Source of the DNA: Candidatus Aenigmatarchaeota archaeon
GTDB taxonomy: Archaea; Aenigmatarchaeota; Aenigmatarchaeia; GW2011-AR5; GCA-2688965
Length of the DNA: 40,420 nt
Reading direction: 5' to 3'
Assembly: GCA_043813745.1 (NCBI GenBank)
Contig: JBDRKV010000048.1
Location: forward strand, 1 to 40,420
The notes under the pieces are model-generated. The model saw nothing but the letters and a program-made list of their open reading frames with translations. It was not told the DNA's origin and did not search any database. Of the stretch, positions 1-10,258 are shown piece after piece; within the stretch, counting starts at the first letter, position 1; each line of letters starts with the position of its first letter. The position numbers were made by a program, and so were the translations under genes.

Positions 1-15
1 GCAGAAGACACCACT

Positions 16-393
16 ATGATTGAGGATAGCGCGGCAAGCATAGAAAACATGAATACAAAAGCCGCAGAGTTCGCAGCCAGAGCAAGGGAACTCGTCGCCG
101 GCAGGGACGATGTTGAAAAGAATGGCACAGAAGCGCTTAATGAATTAAATAGAACGCTGGAAGAGAGCAAGAAACTGGTTGACCAACTCAATAGCATGAA
201 ACAGTCAAGGGAACACCTGGAATCAGCTGCCACGGGAAATGTTATTCTATCGCCGATAAGCGCGATATTCGGTGTCATAGTGATAGTAGCTATAATAATC
301 TTCACGATCCAGGCTGTGTTTTTCAGCAGCCCGAAAGAAAAAAGCCCTGAAAACGTCGAAGAAAAAAACAATGGTGAGACAAATGATCAGTAA
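16..393 (+). CDS. coiled-coil protein with C-terminal transmembrane anchor (5' end may lie outside the window)
   Basis: 125-aa ORF with a charged helical N-part followed by the hydrophobic stretch ILSPISAIFGVIVIVAIIIFTIQAVFF. The frame stays open back to base 1. Confidence 0.45.
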   Translation: MIEDSAASIENMNTKAAEFAARARELVAGRDDVEKNGTEALNELNRTLEESKKLVDQLNSMKQSREHLESAATGNVILSPISAIFGVIVIVAIIIFTIQAVFFSSPKEKSPENVEEKNNGETNDQ

Positions 394-1096
394 AATATTC
401 ATGGCAGTCGCATGCATGCTCCTAGCCGGAACAGCATACGCAGGCGTGCTTCCGCTCAACCCAGAGAACATAGTCAATGACAGTTTCGTCGTCCAAGACA
501 ACATAACCTACGAGATAATAATGAAGGAAGTAGTCAACCCGTCGCAGCCAAACGAACGCATAATAATATTCGTCCAGGATGTGCAAAAATTATCCGAACT
601 AGAAGCAAAAAGAGCGCTGGCTGCCGAGAAAAAGATGAATGCAGAAAACGAGCTGCAAGAAGCAGAGGCAGAGATAGCAGGCATTGAAAACCAGACTAGC
701 GAAGTCGTGGCACGAATAGCCATGGCAAACCAGGAAAAGGCAGACCTGCAGTCCATGCTTTCAGCAGAGCTAGATAAACAGAAAAATATTTCCAGCAACC
801 TTGCAGGAAATATTATCGTGTCGCCTACAAACCTCATGATAATCGTCGTCCTTACCGTCATAATCTTGATAGTCGGCATTGCTGCGAAACTGGGTTCGTT
901 CTTCAAGGAAAAACCTGGTGAAAAAGAAGCAGCAGAAAGCGAAGCTGCTAAAAAAGAAGCAGCAGAAACCAAAGAAGCCGCTGAAAAGGCAGTAAAAAGC
1001 GGAGAAGTGAAAAAAACCAATGAACAGCCTGCTACAGCAGATGACACGCAAACAAGCACAGAACCCGATAACACTGATTCTGAACCAAATGCTTAA
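383..1096 (+). CDS. secreted or membrane-anchored coiled-coil protein, paralog of the upstream ORF
   Basis: ORF 371..1096. The Met at 383 gives a signal-peptide-like MISKIFMAVACMLLAGTAYAG. It has a coiled-coil middle, the TM segment IIVVLTVIILIVGIAA and a K/E/A-rich tail. It shares the GN(V/I)I(L/V)SP motif before the TM with ORF 16..393. Confidence 0.5.
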   Translation: MISKIFMAVACMLLAGTAYAGVLPLNPENIVNDSFVVQDNITYEIIMKEVVNPSQPNERIIIFVQDVQKLSELEAKRALAAEKKMNAENELQEAEAEIAGIENQTSEVVARIAMANQEKADLQSMLSAELDKQKNISSNLAGNIIVSPTNLMIIVVLTVIILIVGIAAKLGSFFKEKPGEKEAAESEAAKKEAAETKEAAEKAVKSGEVKKTNEQPATADDTQTSTEPDNTDSEPNA

Positions 1097-1117
1097 AAAT
1101 AAAGCAGCTAAGAAAGC

Positions 1118-1783
1118 ATGATGCTAAGAAACACTATCGTGTTTGATTTTGACGATGTCCTGGTAAAATCCTGGGAAATAAACCGCCACGTCGCAGAAGA
1201 ACTGTCAGTGCAAGCCGGGTTGAAGCCCTTGCCGCCAGGAACATACAGAAAGGAATATGGTGCTCCGTTTGAATATTTAACGAAAAAATACTGGGAAATA
1301 ACCGTAGGAGAATTTATCGCCCTGCTCAAAAAGCATGCCTTATCAATACCGCCCTACTCACCAGTAGAAGGCACAATTGAGACATTAAAAAAGCTGGAAA
1401 AAAACCACGCGCTTGGCATATTGACATCCCGCGATTGTCATAGCATGCCCCACATGTTTGAGACATCAGGCATACCGGAAAAGCTTTTTTCGTTTGTCAT
1501 TACAGAAGACGATTGCCACGTCCACAAGCCAGACCCGCTGGTCTTCAAGCACGTGAGAGACGTTGTGAAAGGAGATTTCTGTTACGTAGGAGACAACCAT
1601 GAAAAAGACTGGCCAGCAGCGCGCGATGCAGGCGTGCCGTTCATAGCAGTGACGTCAGGATTGTCAAACAGGGAAGATTTCATCAAAGCCGGCGTCCGGC
1701 CAGAAAGAGTGCTGCAATCCATCAGCATGCTGCCGGATTTCATGTCAAGCAACAATGTCTTTAGCGCTTCTCCACAAGCATAA
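1118..1783 (+). CDS. HAD-superfamily hydrolase (phosphatase-like)
   Basis: Motif I is FDFDDVLV (DxD), motif II is GILTSR, and motif IV is YVGDNHEKDWPAARDAGV. Confidence 0.7.
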   Translation: MMLRNTIVFDFDDVLVKSWEINRHVAEELSVQAGLKPLPPGTYRKEYGAPFEYLTKKYWEITVGEFIALLKKHALSIPPYSPVEGTIETLKKLEKNHALGILTSRDCHSMPHMFETSGIPEKLFSFVITEDDCHVHKPDPLVFKHVRDVVKGDFCYVGDNHEKDWPAARDAGVPFIAVTSGLSNREDFIKAGVRPERVLQSISMLPDFMSSNNVFSASPQA

Positions 1784-2306
1784 CAAGTTCCAGTTCTTTT
1801 CCAGGAACAAGCTTTTTTTCCAGCACCTTGAACCCTTTCAATTTTTCCAGAATCATTTTTTCCTTTTCATCCACGTTGTCCTTGTTGCAGAACAGCGAAA
1901 CAAGCATCTTGCCATTATTTTTCAAAACGCGAGACATGTCTTTGGCGTCCGTTATGAGATGTATCGTATCCAGGCATACCAAAGAATCAAAGCGCTCGTT
2001 TTCAAACGGCAGCTTTTCTGCGCTGCATAATATCTTGTTCCTAAAGCCGCAGGCTTTGAACATCTTCTTGTCAGGCTCCACGCACACAAATCCGCCTGTG
2101 GAAAAGCCATTTTCTTCCAGAAACTCTTCAAAGAAACCGCTTCCCGCGCCCACATCCAGCGTGCTGGCTAAATTCATTTCCTGCAACATAGGTAGCATTT
2201 GTTTATACTTTTCAAATTGTATCTGCTTCCAGCTGTCATACACGTTACTGAAAAACGACATAGTATTAAATAAGAAGATAAACTTAAAAAAAAGTTTAAA
2301 TTGCAT
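1761..2306 (-). CDS. class I SAM-dependent methyltransferase
   Basis: Motif I LDVGAGSGFF plus ERFDSLVCLDTIHL (type-11 methyltransferase pattern). It overlaps the convergent HAD gene by 23 nt. Confidence 0.7.
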   Translation of the reverse strand: MQFKLFFKFIFLFNTMSFFSNVYDSWKQIQFEKYKQMLPMLQEMNLASTLDVGAGSGFFEEFLEENGFSTGGFVCVEPDKKMFKACGFRNKILCSAEKLPFENERFDSLVCLDTIHLITDAKDMSRVLKNNGKMLVSLFCNKDNVDEKEKMILEKLKGFKVLEKKLVPGKELELVMLVEKR

Positions 2307-2328
2307 TTAGTCGATACACTTTGAAAAT

Positions 2329-2562
2329 TTATTCCATGACTTCTTTTATTTTCTGTGCAACGAAATCGACAACTGCTTGATCCAAAGGCAGGCTAAAGGA
2401 TTTCTTGTAACGCCTGTCACCCTCAGTCGTGAAGAAACCACGGCTGATAGAGATGAAAACGTTCTCGCCTTCTTCTGTCAAAGCTTTCTTTTTGGCTACT
2501 TCAACGAATTTGTTCTCGCCAAACTTGAGCTCTTCGGATTTGATTGTCTCAAATTCTACCAT
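2329..2562 (-). CDS. small conserved protein, possibly PC4/YdbC-like ssDNA-binding fold
   Basis: 77 aa. The pattern LKFGENKFVEV...FISISRGFFTTEGDRRYKKSFSLP resembles PC4-like domains. AGGAG lies upstream of the ATG. Confidence 0.35.
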   Translation of the reverse strand: MVEFETIKSEELKFGENKFVEVAKKKALTEEGENVFISISRGFFTTEGDRRYKKSFSLPLDQAVVDFVAQKIKEVME

Positions 2563-2798
2563 TTTTATCTTTCAACTCCTTTTGTTTTGTATTGTCTAAT
2601 TGGAAGCAAAGCTTAAAAACGTTTTAATTTGTAGAGTAAAGTTTGAATTTTATGAGCATCCAAATGGCATAGTAAATGTTATGGCAAAGGAAGAGTTCGA
2701 TATTCATCAGCTAAGGAAAGAGTTGGTGAGGATTAGAGTTGACTTATCATACACGCTGGGATGCATAGCAAATGGTGAGAAAAGACCAAAACCCCTCA

Positions 2799-4628
2799 CT
2801 ACTTATCAACACTGAAAAACTCCTTAATATGTTTCTCAGGCTCAGTGGTCGCCTTTATCTGCATGTTGACTGGCAGGATCCTCTTGTAATTCAGCCAGCC
2901 AAAACGCTTGTCCATGAACACGCACACGCCCCTATCTATTTCAGAACGTATGCAGCGTCCAGCAGACTGTATGGCCCTTTGAACAGCCGGATACGAGTAA
3001 GCGTATTCCCAGCCCCTGCCGAATTTGCCGTCATAATAGCTTATCAATGACTTGGTCTTTAGCGTTGGACGTTCAAGCGACAAACCTACTATTATGACGC
3101 CATTCAGGTTTAGTCCTGGAAAGTCCACGCCTTCGCCAAACGAGCCCGCCTGCACGCCGGCAAGCACAGCGTTTTGGTTTTTCACGAAATTATCGTAGAA
3201 ATCAGCCTTTTGGCTTTTGCTCATCTCAGGCTCTTCTATAAACATGGTCTTTTCAGTGCGCACGTAATGCACGATGTCGCCGAGCATCCTATACGAGGGA
3301 AAGAACACAGCCACATTCCCGCGAATAGCATTCACGCATCTGCTGATATAATCGCCGAATTTCATATACTCGTCCGTGCAGCGGTTTTCATACTTGGTTG
3401 TCACGTCTGGTATAAGCAAGTCCAGCCTGTTTTTAGTAGGAAACGGCGACGTGTATTCAGCACATCGCGTCCTGGATTTGTCAAATCCGAGCAAATCTAT
3501 GTACATCTGCGCGGGCTTCAGCGTGCCTGACATGCATATGCATGCATGAACAGAATCAAGTATGTCTCTCGAGAGCAGTGCAGGATCCAGACAGTCATAG
3601 CTCAATGCTATATACGGTCTGTTGCTCCTCCCCCTGTCTTCACTCACAATACGCGTGAACCCGTTGAAGTCCTTGCGCCACATGTCCAGGAAATCTCCAA
3701 CAGAGCCGATTGATGATTTCTGTTTCTTGGCGCGTATCTCTTCCCCAATGTCCTGCATCTGCACGACCAGTTCGTCGTAATCATGCAATTCTTCAACCAG
3801 CTCGCTCTTTTCTACGAAACGTTCTTCTTTCGTATAGATGCCTTGCAATACGCTGTTCAATTGTTGCATATAATCAGCTACCTCGGGCGCATACGCGATT
3901 GATTCCTTGTACGCGGCGCGCAAGCCAATGCTCGTGAGCCGCCTTGAAAGCAGCTTTATTATCCTGTTCGGAAGATTATGCGCCTCGTCCACGACAAGTA
4001 TAACATCGTCAAGTTTTTTTTCAGCCTTGCCCAGAAGCTGCTCGCGCGCAGAAGAAAAAATATGATAATAATCAGACACCACGACGTCTGCTTCGCTGAT
4101 AAGGCGGACAGCCATTTCAAATGTGCAGAAACGCTGCGTTAGCTCTTTTAGTTGCTCTGCGTGCAGCGGTCCTTGGGCGCGCACGACAGATAAGCATCCG
4201 AACGCGCCTGGCGTTAGTTTTGTTCCGTCTTTTGTCCGGTTGTAAAACGCGCATTCATGTTTTTTACGTTTTGACTTGCAGAATTCGCTGAAATCAGAAG
4301 ACGATAAATATTCATATACTGGCTGGGAGCACAGCCACTTCTTGCCGATTATGTCCACAGCAGTGATATCCGTGCCAGAGGTTTTGGCAATCTGTTTCAG
4401 CGTGTCTATAGCCATCCTATGCTGCGAGTGCCTGGGCGTCACAAAGAAAACAGTCTTGTTATGCTCAAGCGCGTATTCCAGCGTCGCAGAAAGCACAGCA
4501 GCTGTCTTGCCAATGCCAGCAGGCGCGTCTGCAAGCAGATGCTTTCGTTCGTTTACAGCTAGAGCAACGTCCTCCATGAATTGTTTCTGGCCTTCGCGCA
4601 CCTGAGAGAACGGAAAGAATTTGTTCAT
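2799..4628 (-). CDS. xpd: XPD/Rad3-family ATP-dependent DNA helicase with Fe-S domain
   Basis: Walker A DAPAGIGKTAA and DEAH box VVDEAHNL. Four Cys lie between the motifs (LCSQ, FCKS, ECAF, GCLS), typical of the XPD 4Fe-4S domain. Confidence 0.85.
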   Translation of the reverse strand: MNKFFPFSQVREGQKQFMEDVALAVNERKHLLADAPAGIGKTAAVLSATLEYALEHNKTVFFVTPRHSQHRMAIDTLKQIAKTSGTDITAVDIIGKKWLCSQPVYEYLSSSDFSEFCKSKRKKHECAFYNRTKDGTKLTPGAFGCLSVVRAQGPLHAEQLKELTQRFCTFEMAVRLISEADVVVSDYYHIFSSAREQLLGKAEKKLDDVILVVDEAHNLPNRIIKLLSRRLTSIGLRAAYKESIAYAPEVADYMQQLNSVLQGIYTKEERFVEKSELVEELHDYDELVVQMQDIGEEIRAKKQKSSIGSVGDFLDMWRKDFNGFTRIVSEDRGRSNRPYIALSYDCLDPALLSRDILDSVHACICMSGTLKPAQMYIDLLGFDKSRTRCAEYTSPFPTKNRLDLLIPDVTTKYENRCTDEYMKFGDYISRCVNAIRGNVAVFFPSYRMLGDIVHYVRTEKTMFIEEPEMSKSQKADFYDNFVKNQNAVLAGVQAGSFGEGVDFPGLNLNGVIIVGLSLERPTLKTKSLISYYDGKFGRGWEYAYSYPAVQRAIQSAGRCIRSEIDRGVCVFMDKRFGWLNYKRILPVNMQIKATTEPEKHIKEFFSVDK

Positions 4629-4986
4629 GCTTATTTCATGGATTTGTAAATTTAATAACTAGAAATTTATTCAGGTATGGCCGAAGCAGTTCTAATTAAG
4701 CCGCACATCATATAAAGTTCGTTATTAACAAGTACTTCTGGCATGCTGTAACGCAAATTAGGACAATGAAAATCTGGACGCATTCCTTCAGTCTTATGAG
4801 CACTAAGCAAGCAGCAAGTGTATGTCAGTTTATCCTTCTCGAACGTTCCTTGCTCACTACCATTATTCCCAATACAATGACATACCTTTCTACTTCTACT
4901 ATCGTCTAGCATACGAATCTGATTTAAGCTATGCCCAAAACCTTTTTAAGCATTCATATTGAAAGATAACAAAATCCGTGATTGCA

Positions 4987-7623
4987 ATGAAACAATATGT
5001 TTATTTTTTCGGCGAGATGAAGGACTCAAAGACCCACAAAGACGTCCTAGGTGGGAAAGGAGCCAATTTAGGCGAGATGACAAACATAGGAATTCCTGTT
5101 CCGCCCGGCTTTACGATAACAACCGAGGCATGCAAATACTTCTATGATAATAACAAAAAATACCCGTCAGAGCTGCAAAAGCAAATAGATGATAACTTGA
5201 AGAAATTAGAGCAGAAAATGGGCAAGAAATTAGGCGTGGATTTATTAGTTTCCGTCCGTTCCGGAGCAGCAGCATCCATGCCAGGTATGATGGACACTAT
5301 TTTGAATCTAGGACTGAACGACAAGAACGTCATGGATTTTGCAAAGAAGAGCGGCAATGAACGCTTTGTATGGGATGCTTATCGCCGTCTTTTGCAGATG
5401 TTCGGAGACGTCGTGATGGGCGTGGAGCACAAGCACTTCGAAGAAATATTGTCAAAAAAGAAAGAGACAAAAGGCGTTGAATACGATACTGATTTAGATG
5501 CAAAAGACCTCAAAAACGTCGTCGATGAGTACAAGAAGCTGATTAAAAAAGAAGCCAAGAAAGACTTTCCGCAGGATGCTAAAGAACAACTAAAAATGTC
5601 CATTGACGCGGTCTTTGGCTCATGGATGAACAAGCGCGCTATCACGTATCGCCGGATTTACAATATCACCGGCTTGATCGGCACAGCAGTAAACATCCAG
5701 ACAATGGTGTTCGGCAACATGGGCCAGTCATGCGGCACAGGCGTTGCATTCACGCGCAATCCCTCAACAGGCGACAACATATTCTACGGCGAGTATTTGA
5801 TGAACGCCCAGGGCGAAGATGTCGTAGCCGGAATAAGAACTCCAAAACCAATAACCGAGCTGAAAAAAGAAATGCCCAAGATTTACAGCGAATTAGTTGC
5901 TATACGTGATAAACTGGAAAAGCATTATCGCGAAATGCAGGACGTTGAATTCACGATTGAAAATGGAAAATTATTCATGCTGCAGACGCGCAACGGCAAG
6001 CGTACAGGTCCTGCTGCTGTTAAGATAGCAGTGGACATGGTAAAAGAAAAATTAATTACAGAAAAAGAAGCGATCATGCGCGTCGAACCGTCGCAGTTAG
6101 ATCAGTTACTGCACAAGCGCATTGATGAAATCGCAAAAAAGAAATCAAAAATTTTGACAAAGGGGCTTGCAGCCTCGCCGGGCGCAGCAGTAGGCAACGT
6201 TGTGTTCACTGCAGAAGACGCTGTCATACAGACAAAGAAAGGTGATAAAGTCATTCTTGTTCGCCCGGAAACGTCGCCAGAAGACATAGAAGGCATGAAT
6301 GTTGCGCAAGGAATACTAACAGCAACAGGCGGGCTCACATCCCATGCAGCAGTCGTGGCGCGCGGCATGGGTAAGTGTTGTGTATCAGGAGCAGGAGACA
6401 TTATTATTGATGTAAAGGCAAAAAAATTCCGTGTAGGCGACATTGTCGTGAAAGAAGGAGACGAGATAACGCTGGACGGCTCAGCAGGCGAGGTATTCGT
6501 GGGAACGCTGCCTACAGTAGAGCCTAATATTTCCGGAGATTTCGCAACACTTATGAAATGGTCTGACTCGTTCAGGAAAATAGGCGTACGCACAAATGCA
6601 GACACGCCGCGCGACACAAAAGTCGCAGTTGGTTTCGGCGCAGAAGGCATCGGCCTATGCCGAACAGAGCACATGTTCTTTGAAGGGGATCGTATTAGAG
6701 CAGTGCGTGAAATGATTCTCTCGCGTGACGTCGCCGGCCGAGAAAAAGCATTGGCAAAATTATTACCTATGCAAAGAAATGATTTTTATGAAATGTACAA
6801 AGCGTTAGATGGCCGTCCGATGACCATACGTCTCATTGACCCGCCATTGCACGAATTCCTGCCAAAAGAGGACAAAGACGTGAAAGAGCTTTCCAAGATT
6901 ATGAATATTAACGAAAAAGTTTTGCGCGAAGTTAGTTCGTCGCTGCATGAGTTCAATCCAATGCTCGGGCACCGCGGCTGCAGGCTGTGCATAACATATC
7001 CTGAAATCGCTGTGATGCAGACGCGCGCGATAATCGAGGCAGCTGCAAAGATAAAAAAAGAGGGCAAGGACGTCCATCCAGAAATCATGATACCGCTAGT
7101 TGGTCATGTCAAGGAGTTCGTACATGTCAAGGATATTGTCGAGGAGACCGTCAAGAAAGTCATGGACGAACAGAAGATTAAGTTAGATTACAGCATCGGC
7201 ACCATGATAGAAGTGCCCCGCGCAGCGATAACAGCAGACGAGGTCGCAAAAGAAGCAGAGTTCTTTTCATTCGGAACCAACGATTTGACGCAGATGACAT
7301 TCGGGTTCTCACGCGACGATGTAGGCAAGTTCATGCCGGATTATATTGAAAAAGGCGTCCTGGAAAAAGACCCGTTCCAGACATTAGACACAAATGGCGT
7401 GGGCCAGTTGATAAAGATTGCAATTGAAAAAGGCCGCAAAACCCGCCCGAATCTCAAGGTCGGAATCTGCGGAGAGCACGGCGGAGACCCGGACAGCGTC
7501 AAATTCTGCGCCAACAACGGTTTTGATTACGTTTCCTGTTCTCCATACCGCGTGCCTATCGCGCGACTCGCAGCCGCGCAGGCTGAATTAGAAAAGACAA
7601 CCAACAAAACTAGCACTGTATAG
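4987..7623 (+). CDS. ppdK: pyruvate, phosphate dikinase
   Basis: GGKGANLGEM ATP-grasp N-terminus, central phosphohistidine region GGLTSHAAVVARGMG, and a PEP-utilising C-terminal TIM barrel. The ORF track opens at GTG 4978; the first ATG is 4987. Confidence 0.95.
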   Translation: MKQYVYFFGEMKDSKTHKDVLGGKGANLGEMTNIGIPVPPGFTITTEACKYFYDNNKKYPSELQKQIDDNLKKLEQKMGKKLGVDLLVSVRSGAAASMPGMMDTILNLGLNDKNVMDFAKKSGNERFVWDAYRRLLQMFGDVVMGVEHKHFEEILSKKKETKGVEYDTDLDAKDLKNVVDEYKKLIKKEAKKDFPQDAKEQLKMSIDAVFGSWMNKRAITYRRIYNITGLIGTAVNIQTMVFGNMGQSCGTGVAFTRNPSTGDNIFYGEYLMNAQGEDVVAGIRTPKPITELKKEMPKIYSELVAIRDKLEKHYREMQDVEFTIENGKLFMLQTRNGKRTGPAAVKIAVDMVKEKLITEKEAIMRVEPSQLDQLLHKRIDEIAKKKSKILTKGLAASPGAAVGNVVFTAEDAVIQTKKGDKVILVRPETSPEDIEGMNVAQGILTATGGLTSHAAVVARGMGKCCVSGAGDIIIDVKAKKFRVGDIVVKEGDEITLDGSAGEVFVGTLPTVEPNISGDFATLMKWSDSFRKIGVRTNADTPRDTKVAVGFGAEGIGLCRTEHMFFEGDRIRAVREMILSRDVAGREKALAKLLPMQRNDFYEMYKALDGRPMTIRLIDPPLHEFLPKEDKDVKELSKIMNINEKVLREVSSSLHEFNPMLGHRGCRLCITYPEIAVMQTRAIIEAAAKIKKEGKDVHPEIMIPLVGHVKEFVHVKDIVEETVKKVMDEQKIKLDYSIGTMIEVPRAAITADEVAKEAEFFSFGTNDLTQMTFGFSRDDVGKFMPDYIEKGVLEKDPFQTLDTNGVGQLIKIAIEKGRKTRPNLKVGICGEHGGDPDSVKFCANNGFDYVSCSPYRVPIARLAAAQAELEKTTNKTSTV

Positions 7624-7624
7624 A

Positions 7625-8923
7625 TTAAAACCAAGCGCGCAGCGTCCGCTGCTGTCTGTACGCTCCAAGCACATTGCTTGCCTTCAGCAAGCTATCAATT
7701 GATTTTTTAGTTTGCATGCGCACATGTTTCAGCGCCTCGTCTAGCGTTGCAAACGTTTCTTTATATGGAAAAATAGTAATACCGTCAGCCCCATGTTCTT
7801 TAGATTCCAAGGAGCGTTTCTTACAAGAAAAGCTGCTTCTAACGTTCTCCCTGCATTCCCACACGCCTACAGGAACAGAGTATTCAGGCATGACCTCGCG
7901 CAACACAAGCACGCTTGCCTGCCGACGAATCCTGCTTAGATATTCAGCCACAGCAAACCTTACAGCATAGTACCCGCCCTCGCAGTTGCTTGCATAGTTT
8001 TTGCGGCCGAAGAAGTTTTCATAGTCCGTAGACACAGCCGGCGCAGCCGTAGGATTCCATAATGAGTTTCCGTACCACAGTTCTATCAGTTCAAACGTCC
8101 ACGTACCAGGCATAAACAGTATGTAGAACTTGTTTCCAAGATATTCATTGACATATAGCTCAAATGTATTTATCGTATCAAACCTGCGTATCTCTTTGAG
8201 CATGCTCTTAGCAAGCATGTCATCCGTCGCTGTAATCGACCAGCGCGTTGGAACCAGTTTTTTCTGCGACTTAAGCCCGAGCAAGCCTACGGAAAGTATG
8301 CGCATTAATTGGTTGACGTCAATACCATATCCATAGAGTTCGTTCATTGCTTCTACAGCTTTCAGCTCGTCGCTGACAATTTTGTCTACTTTCGTCAGCA
8401 CGTGCGGATTTTCCTCCAGCTTCACTGCTTTTAATATAGCAGGCGCTCCAATCGGCGGCGTTGTTAAATCCAGTTGCATCGCAACATAAGGCTTTTTCTT
8501 CAGAAAGAATTCCGTAGATGGCGGCTTCGCCGCCATCGCGATCTCCTGCGCTACTTCCAGCGTCTTTGTTTCCGAGCGCACGCTGGTGCGCTCGCGTGAA
8601 TGAATGAGCTGCGTGCGCGCATCCATAATGTCTTCCAAGCCATAGCTCTTTTCATACCAGAAAGTCGGCGCATCAAGCTTCCAGGCATCGCTGCTTACGC
8701 TGGCAGGAGAGAGCAGCCCGATATTAATTTCCGGATAGCCCGCGCGCCCGACAAACGGCGAAACTCCGGAAGCGTTAAAGTTTTCCTTCAGCCTGGCTAT
8801 TTCCACTTTATGCACGTTCAATCGTTCAAGTATTGGACACGGCTTGCCGCAGAGATTTTTGCCCTTACACCTTATGCATAATGTAGATATTTTCCCGAGG
8901 CTTTTCTCAAAAGGCTCTAGCAT
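7625..8923 (-). CDS. nreA: Nre-family DNA repair protein (archaeal)
   Basis: N-terminal Cys cluster CIRCKGKNLCGKPCP, and the length and overall pattern of Nre_N/Nre_C proteins as I recall them. Confidence 0.6.
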   Translation of the reverse strand: MLEPFEKSLGKISTLCIRCKGKNLCGKPCPILERLNVHKVEIARLKENFNASGVSPFVGRAGYPEINIGLLSPASVSSDAWKLDAPTFWYEKSYGLEDIMDARTQLIHSRERTSVRSETKTLEVAQEIAMAAKPPSTEFFLKKKPYVAMQLDLTTPPIGAPAILKAVKLEENPHVLTKVDKIVSDELKAVEAMNELYGYGIDVNQLMRILSVGLLGLKSQKKLVPTRWSITATDDMLAKSMLKEIRRFDTINTFELYVNEYLGNKFYILFMPGTWTFELIELWYGNSLWNPTAAPAVSTDYENFFGRKNYASNCEGGYYAVRFAVAEYLSRIRRQASVLVLREVMPEYSVPVGVWECRENVRSSFSCKKRSLESKEHGADGITIFPYKETFATLDEALKHVRMQTKKSIDSLLKASNVLGAYRQQRTLRAWF

Positions 8924-8958
8924 GGAAATAATTTGTCTGTAAAACTAAAATAATAGAA

Positions 8959-9756
8959 TTAATCCATTGTCAGAGCTTTGTAAACCTCGCCATATATGCG
9001 AGACGGTGTCCTGACTTTGCTGCCAAATCTCTGTGCCATATGCTGGCGATATTCGTCTGTTGCAAGTGGCGCGACAACGAACCTGCCTACAATTTCAGCG
9101 CACGGCTCATCCCTATAATCATCACCCATGTAAACAACTGCCTCTGGACGTGTTCGTGGAGTGTAACAAGTCCCAGTAAGCAATGCGAGCAAGGGTTCGG
9201 TTTTGTCATGGTAATTTCGAAGCTCTAAGCCCTTTGCAACATCTCCTGTCCAATCTGTTGTCAACATAACACTGCCGCTGATAAACAGTGGTTGTTTTAA
9301 GAATAATGAATTGGGATAGCGATGACCAGCTATATGCACAACAGCCCTTACACCAGATTCGTATGCTGATGTCAATATCGAAGCCTCCTGTAAACAATTG
9401 GCAGCATCGCAGAATTCCAGAAAAGCCGCATCCAGTCGTTCCACAGCTTTTGCAGCATATCTGTCCAATGATATCGATATCCTGCGCATCGGCATGCCGT
9501 CTATTACTTCTCTATTATAGATTTCCAGGGTATCCCTTAGCAAGTCGCCCTTTGCTTGCCTATCGCTTCTATATTTCGCAACCAGTGTTTCAAGTTGTTT
9601 TTTAGTATCAAAAAGATGCTTGACCCTGCCCCATCGCCGTGGCCTGAGCGCAGAGTGCTTCAGTTCATCCATGCCTATCTGTTTCAGGACAGCTTTGTCA
9701 TCAAGATCTGTAATAAGCGTGCCGTTCCAGTCAGAAACAATAAGCTCGGGTTTCAT
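8959..9756 (-). CDS. HAD-like hydrolase-fold protein with variant motif I
   Basis: SDWNGTL (DxN in place of DxD), ILTSA, and MGDDYRDE. Confidence 0.35.
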   Translation of the reverse strand: MKPELIVSDWNGTLITDLDDKAVLKQIGMDELKHSALRPRRWGRVKHLFDTKKQLETLVAKYRSDRQAKGDLLRDTLEIYNREVIDGMPMRRISISLDRYAAKAVERLDAAFLEFCDAANCLQEASILTSAYESGVRAVVHIAGHRYPNSLFLKQPLFISGSVMLTTDWTGDVAKGLELRNYHDKTEPLLALLTGTCYTPRTRPEAVVYMGDDYRDEPCAEIVGRFVVAPLATDEYRQHMAQRFGSKVRTPSRIYGEVYKALTMD

Positions 9757-9841
9757 GATTCTGCGTTATCAGTAAATCTTTAAAACGAATAATTTACATA
9801 GTAACAAATTAATTAATGAAAATGAGAACAAAAAAAGAAAA

Positions 9842-10156
9842 TTACTTTTTCTTATGAGCTGGCTCTTCAATCGCTACAGTCACTTGTGCCGGAGCTGCCT
9901 TGGCTTTCTTTTCCCTGCGCTCCCATTTTAGGTCTTCGTATTCAATCCATGCAACGATTAGGCCGAAGAATATCAGCACCAGACCGAACACGCCGGTAAA
10001 TACAACTGCAAAGGCTTGGAACGTTGTGTGCACAGCTTCAAACCCCAAAAGGAAGTTTGCTATGTTGTGCTGTCCGAAAAGCAGCCCTTCAGCGTACCAT
10101 ACTATACCGGCTATGAAGATTATCAGCCCGATTATTAGTTTTATTGCTGGATGCAT
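9842..10156 (-). CDS. small integral membrane protein (3 predicted TM helices)
   Basis: Three hydrophobic segments followed by a K/E/A-rich tail. Confidence 0.5.
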   Translation of the reverse strand: MHPAIKLIIGLIIFIAGIVWYAEGLLFGQHNIANFLLGFEAVHTTFQAFAVVFTGVFGLVLIFFGLIVAWIEYEDLKWERREKKAKAAPAQVTVAIEEPAHKKK

Positions 10157-10258
10157 CTTTTCACCAATCCTATATTGAAGAACAATATTTTTAAATAGAT
10201 AATATGATAGAATTGTACTTAGTACCCTATTTAAAAGTATGGATGATGATGTAAGATT

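Noticed and set aside
508-1074. 188-aa and 93-aa minus-strand ORFs opposite the coiled-coil gene
   Set aside because: They have low-complexity Ser/Ala/Phe-rich translations and mirror a repetitive coding strand. These are shadow ORFs.
2600-2815. 71-aa plus-strand ORF in the spacer upstream of the PC4-like gene
   Set aside because: It starts at a TTG, overlaps the xpd 3' end, and has no motif. The region more likely holds the promoter of the minus-strand gene.
6102-6674. 190-aa antisense ORF, plus several others (5142..5357, 5379..5645, 6786..7088), inside ppdK
   Set aside because: They lie entirely within a confidently identified gene on the other strand and carry no motifs.
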